Below are positions 59,993 to 64,000 of a DNA stretch of 64,000 bases, in pieces. Under the pieces are notes generated by a model. It ran no database searches and had not been told where the DNA came from. It saw only the letters and a list, made by a program, of their open reading frames with translations. The stretch lies in the NCBI RefSeq assembly GCF_964213995.1, contig NC_135808.1, forward strand, positions 101,990,001 to 102,054,000, given 5' to 3'. A program made the position numbers and the translations under genes. The first letter of the stretch is position 1; every line of letters starts with the position of its first letter. The stretch comes from Mustelus asterias (lineage: Eukaryota).

Positions 59993-61359
59993 TGAAGTCA
60001 CCTGAAGTATGCAGAGCAGGCAGATCATGACATGAATCAGCATGTAACTCTGATCTGGTGCTAGAACTGCACTTTTGGATTTGAAAATTTCAAGTAACAT
60101 CCTCTCTGAACCTTGTGCAGGTGAATACACATTCAGCAGCAAAAGGATCCCCCACCAATGCTATTTAAATGCATCATCAACAGCTTATAGGTTAGTTACT
60201 GATTGACCTGTTCTGGCTGTTGCTATGATTCTGCAAGTGTTTGGTGTTTTCTATAGTTGCAATATTCTACAGCGACGTGTGTGTCGCATGCTGAATTAAT
60301 TTTTGTTGACTTCAAGAATTCTGCAAAGCCAGTTGCTCCCAGACACGGGAACGTGATGAGACGTTTTGGAAGTGAGCAGTCATTCAGGCAGTCCACAGCA
60401 TTTGAGGGAATTCAGAACTACATTTTAAACCCACTTGTCTTTTGGTATCCCCGTATGCTCGAACTGTCTATTGTTAAAAAGAAAAATGGTTCCCATATAC
60501 ATATCCTATCATCTCTCTCAGAAGCATCCCAAACTACTTCACATACAATGGGTTAATCTGGAGAGCAGTTTGAACATTTTTTTAATGTTCAACCAAAGAC
60601 TTTCTTTAAATCCAAACACTGCAAAAGCTCTCAAATAACATCTGGGAAAGGGGCCAAATGTACAAAGTTATTTACCTTTTAAATTAAGCGTTCTAAAGAT
60701 AGGAGCAACATTAAACCAATGTTAACTTTTTTTCATTTCAATTATTGGAGTTCTGCTACCAACAACCATATGTTTGTCTTCTTCTCGAACAATGGATTTA
60801 GAAAATAGCCCCTATGGATAGTTGTAACGAGAAACAGTGTTGTTTATAGTTATGTGTCTCTTGCCTAAAATGTCCTTGAAGTACTTTCAAATCGAAACTA
60901 TTCTTTGCAACAACATTTTCTCTTTCTTATAGGCATCACTGAAGCATGTGGCAGCTTCATTGCATTGGCAGTAGATTCCCAATGAAGAAATAGCAAGGGA
61001 GCAGTCAGTGCCTTCACTTCCACTGGAGCGTAAACTGTAGCTCTGGAGGCATCAGGGTACAGAATGAATCACAGCATGAGTTGCAGCTTCTATATAAGAG
61101 CCATTGAAATGCCTGAGTTTTAGGCATTGGGTTGCAGCCATTAGACCAGTCATGTCCCTGATCATTACACTGGCTACAGGGGCCCTGTGGAAGTGAAGCT
61201 GCAGGTGGCCTGCTTGATACCACCAGCTCTCAGGACAACAGCAACCATGCTAGACCTCCTCTGGGCACTATGCTATGGCAATGTGAAGGCACTCCAAGCA
61301 CCCCCCCACACTCGAGAGAGGTGATCATCATTGGCTCACTACCTTAAGAATTGTTTTTT

Positions 61360-61593
61360 AAAGTTTATTTACTAGTGTCACAAGTAGGCTGCGATTAATT
61401 TAATGTGAAAATTCCCGAGTCGCCACACTCTGGCGCCTGTTCGGGTACACTGAGGGAGAATTTAGCATGGTAAATGTACCTAACCAGCACGTCTTTCAGA
61501 CTGTGGGAGGAAACCGGAGCGCCCGGAGGAAACCCAACAAACACGTGGAAAACGTGCAGACCCCGCACAGACAGTGACCCAAGCTGGGAATCG
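61360..61593 (-). mobile_element. HE1-like SINE, truncated (tail type 2)
   Basis: Homologous to 15945-16225. Confidence 0.85.
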
Positions 61594-62354
61594 AAGAACA
61601 GGCCATCTGAGTCTCGTTATCAGTAACCAATCACATTACATGATCCACGTCCTTGAGTGAAGAAGCTCATGAATAGGCATGTATCCAAGAAAAGCATGGT
61701 GTGAGGAACAGGGAGCGGGAGGATTGCACTTTGCAATTGTATTAAAATAGGCTGTGCACTGACATGGAGGCTACAGACATACTGGAAAACCTGCACACAT
61801 TAGATTCCGATTTATTCACCCAGATGATGATACTGTCATGCCAGGACAATATCATGTGGCAGGAAGAAGAGTGAGTTGAGGCAGCATCTCCTCATTTGCA
61901 AGTGGGGAAGATGAAAATTAAGCTGTCACCTTATAATGTTGACTGAGAGAGAGTTTCTGAAAGACCTGTCTTTGTGTTGACCACATTATTAGTTATTTTT
62001 ATCTCATCAGTCAATCCTTGAAGGTGCCAGTGCAAGTTCAGAAGACAGTTAAGAAAGTGTATGAGATACTTGACTTTGTAAATAAGAGCATTGAATACAA
62101 ATGTATATTTTGTTCTCTCTCTATTTACACATTTGCTGCACCTTACATTGCATTTTATTTCTCTTTCCATTCCTGTCTGCAAAGGTGGCAGAATCAGATT
62201 CAGTCGTAACTTTCAAAAGGAAAATTAGATAAATACTTGAAATAAAAATAATGCAGGGCTATGGGAAAAGAACAGATTGGATGTCTCGTTCATAGAGCCA
62301 GTGCAGGTCTGATTACCCCGAAGATCTGTGTCTGTGCTATAACAGTCCATGATT

Positions 62355-62683
62355 AGGAACATAGGAATAGGAGCAAAAGTAAGCAAATTCAGCCCTTTGA
62401 GCCTGCTCTGCCATTCAATCAGATCATGGCTGATCTTTCCCTGGTCTCAAATCCACCTCCCCAACTATTCCCCATATCCCATTATCCCTTTTTAAAATTA
62501 GAAATATATCTATCTCCTTCTTGAAACTATTCAACGGTTCAGACTCCACTGTGCGATGGGGCAGCGAGCTCCATAGATTCACCATCCTCTGCAAGATGTA
62601 GTTCTTCATCTCGGTTTTAAATCTATCACCTCTCAACCTATACCTGTGACCTTGTGTTCTAGTTCGCCCCATAAGGGGAAACA
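62355..62683 (-). mobile_element. CR1 3' fragment
   Basis: TRTQGHRYRLRG...RMVNLWSSLP. Confidence 0.82.
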
Positions 62684-62685
62684 AT

Positions 62686-63070
62686 GGGTGGGATTTTCCA
62701 GCTGCACTCACCCCGATACCGGAAAATCCTGCCCAAGGTCAACGGACCTCTTCATGAGGTCTGAGGTCACGTACCAGCCGGCTCAAGAACAGCTTCTTCC
62801 CTGCTGCCTTCAGACTTTTGAATGGACCTTCCTCGCTCTAAGTTGATCTTTCTCTACACCCTAGCTATGACTGTAACACTACATTGTGCACTCTCTCCTT
62901 TCCTTCCCTATGAACGGTATGCTTTGTCTGTATAGCGTGCAAGAAATAATACTTTTCACTGTATGCTAATACATGTGACAGTAATAAATCAAATCAAACA
63001 ATCAAATCAAAATGGTCTGCTCCATCGCCCGCTACAATTCCTGTGGCAGACGGAATGGGAAAATTCACTC
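62686..63070. mobile_element. Harbinger-like MITE split by a Rex1/Babar 3' end (62752-63011, plus)
   Basis: Halves 62686-62750 and 63012-63070 match the 31391-31518 MITE in reverse; the insert matches 48905-49143. Confidence 0.78.
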
Positions 63071-63837
63071 CATTGATTCTATGAAACCTATTCCTTATGT
63101 TAGAGTTTCTAAATGAGGCTACTGAGCAAACACTGTTATAGCAAATAGGAGACACTTATCTACTTGTTAACATTTAGTATATTATTTTAGTCCCAGGTTT
63201 GAATTACAGGAACCTTACAACATGCCACAAATGCAATTCACTCGAAATTTACACCACAAGTCTGGAAACATGCTGTAACAGGATATTAATGAACAAAGGA
63301 ATATGATGTAAATTATTGTACTGTAGGGATCTCAGGCTGTCTGCTTTGTTGAACATTGATTTTTTTAAATTCATTTTTTACTGAGTGTGCATCATGTAAT
63401 TATTTAGTTTGTAAGTTGAGTCATATAACATGATAGCCATATTGTGTGGAAGTATGGAATAACATTAGTAGCATTCCTAGTAATAGCTCTTTTGTCAGAA
63501 AATTCGACCTCCCTGCTACACTCAGGTGCTCAATGCGACAGAGGGACACTTACTATGTGTGTCAATCCAATCTTTTGCTACCTCTTGGCTCTCTCATGTT
63601 CCCTGGCTTTTACATCATCATGAAGTGTGACCCGTTTACAGTTCATTTTGCTATCCAGGTCATTTACTTAAAGGGAAAGAAAGGAGTCCAAATATTGGTC
63701 TTATAGGACTCCACTCAACACTTCACCCTGTCTAGCTTTACATTACATTTGATTATCTATCTGTTTGGATTGGATTTTTAATAAAATATGTTCACATTTT
63801 ATTAGGCCATTACACCTATAGTTGCAGATCACACATA

Positions 63838-64000
63838 TAAAGAACAAAAAAAATTTCAGCACAGGAACAGGCCCTTCGGCCCTCCAAGCCTGCACGACCA
63901 TGCTGCCCGACTAAACTAAAATCCTCTACCCTTCTGGGGACCGTATCCCTCTATTCCCATCCTATTCACATATTTGACAAGACGCCCCTTAAAAGTCACT
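63838..64000 (-). mobile_element. CR1 3' end (window edge)
   Basis: CAGCACAGGAACAGGCCCTTCGGCCC is the reverse complement of the CR1 tail. Confidence 0.85.

Noticed and set aside
59480-61950. Possible host exons (acceptor at ~60931)
   Set aside because: No sustained open frame or recognisable peptide; it may be another decayed Harbinger-type remnant but I cannot support a call.

Overview
Eukaryotic, non-genic-looking vertebrate DNA, most likely a shark or other elasmobranch. This is an inference from the repeat content: HE1-type tRNA SINEs, a Deu-domain SINE and abundant CR1 LINEs. I recognise no host protein-coding gene. Every ORF I can assign belongs to a transposable element. These are a near full-length CR1 LINE with an intact zinc-finger/esterase ORF1 (~43.2-47.5 kb), many truncated CR1, L2, Rex1/Babar and RTE fragments, a complete but inactivated SPIN/OC1-like hAT transposon (36187-39312), a two-gene PIF/Harbinger element (~47.5-53 kb) with related MITEs and remnants, a Gmr1-like LTR element, a Mag-like Gypsy remnant and solo LTRs with clean TSDs. 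The most notable signals are Penelope-derived fold-back elements carrying minimal hammerhead-ribozyme motifs (best case a 156-bp inverted repeat inside the hAT transposase), an inverted ~300-bp insertion with junction microhomology, and a few repeat-poor islands, one holding a candidate 57-nt exon with an exon-intron stem. I cannot support a genuinely new biological system. Family names come from motif recognition, not database searches, and coordinates of old repeats are approximate.
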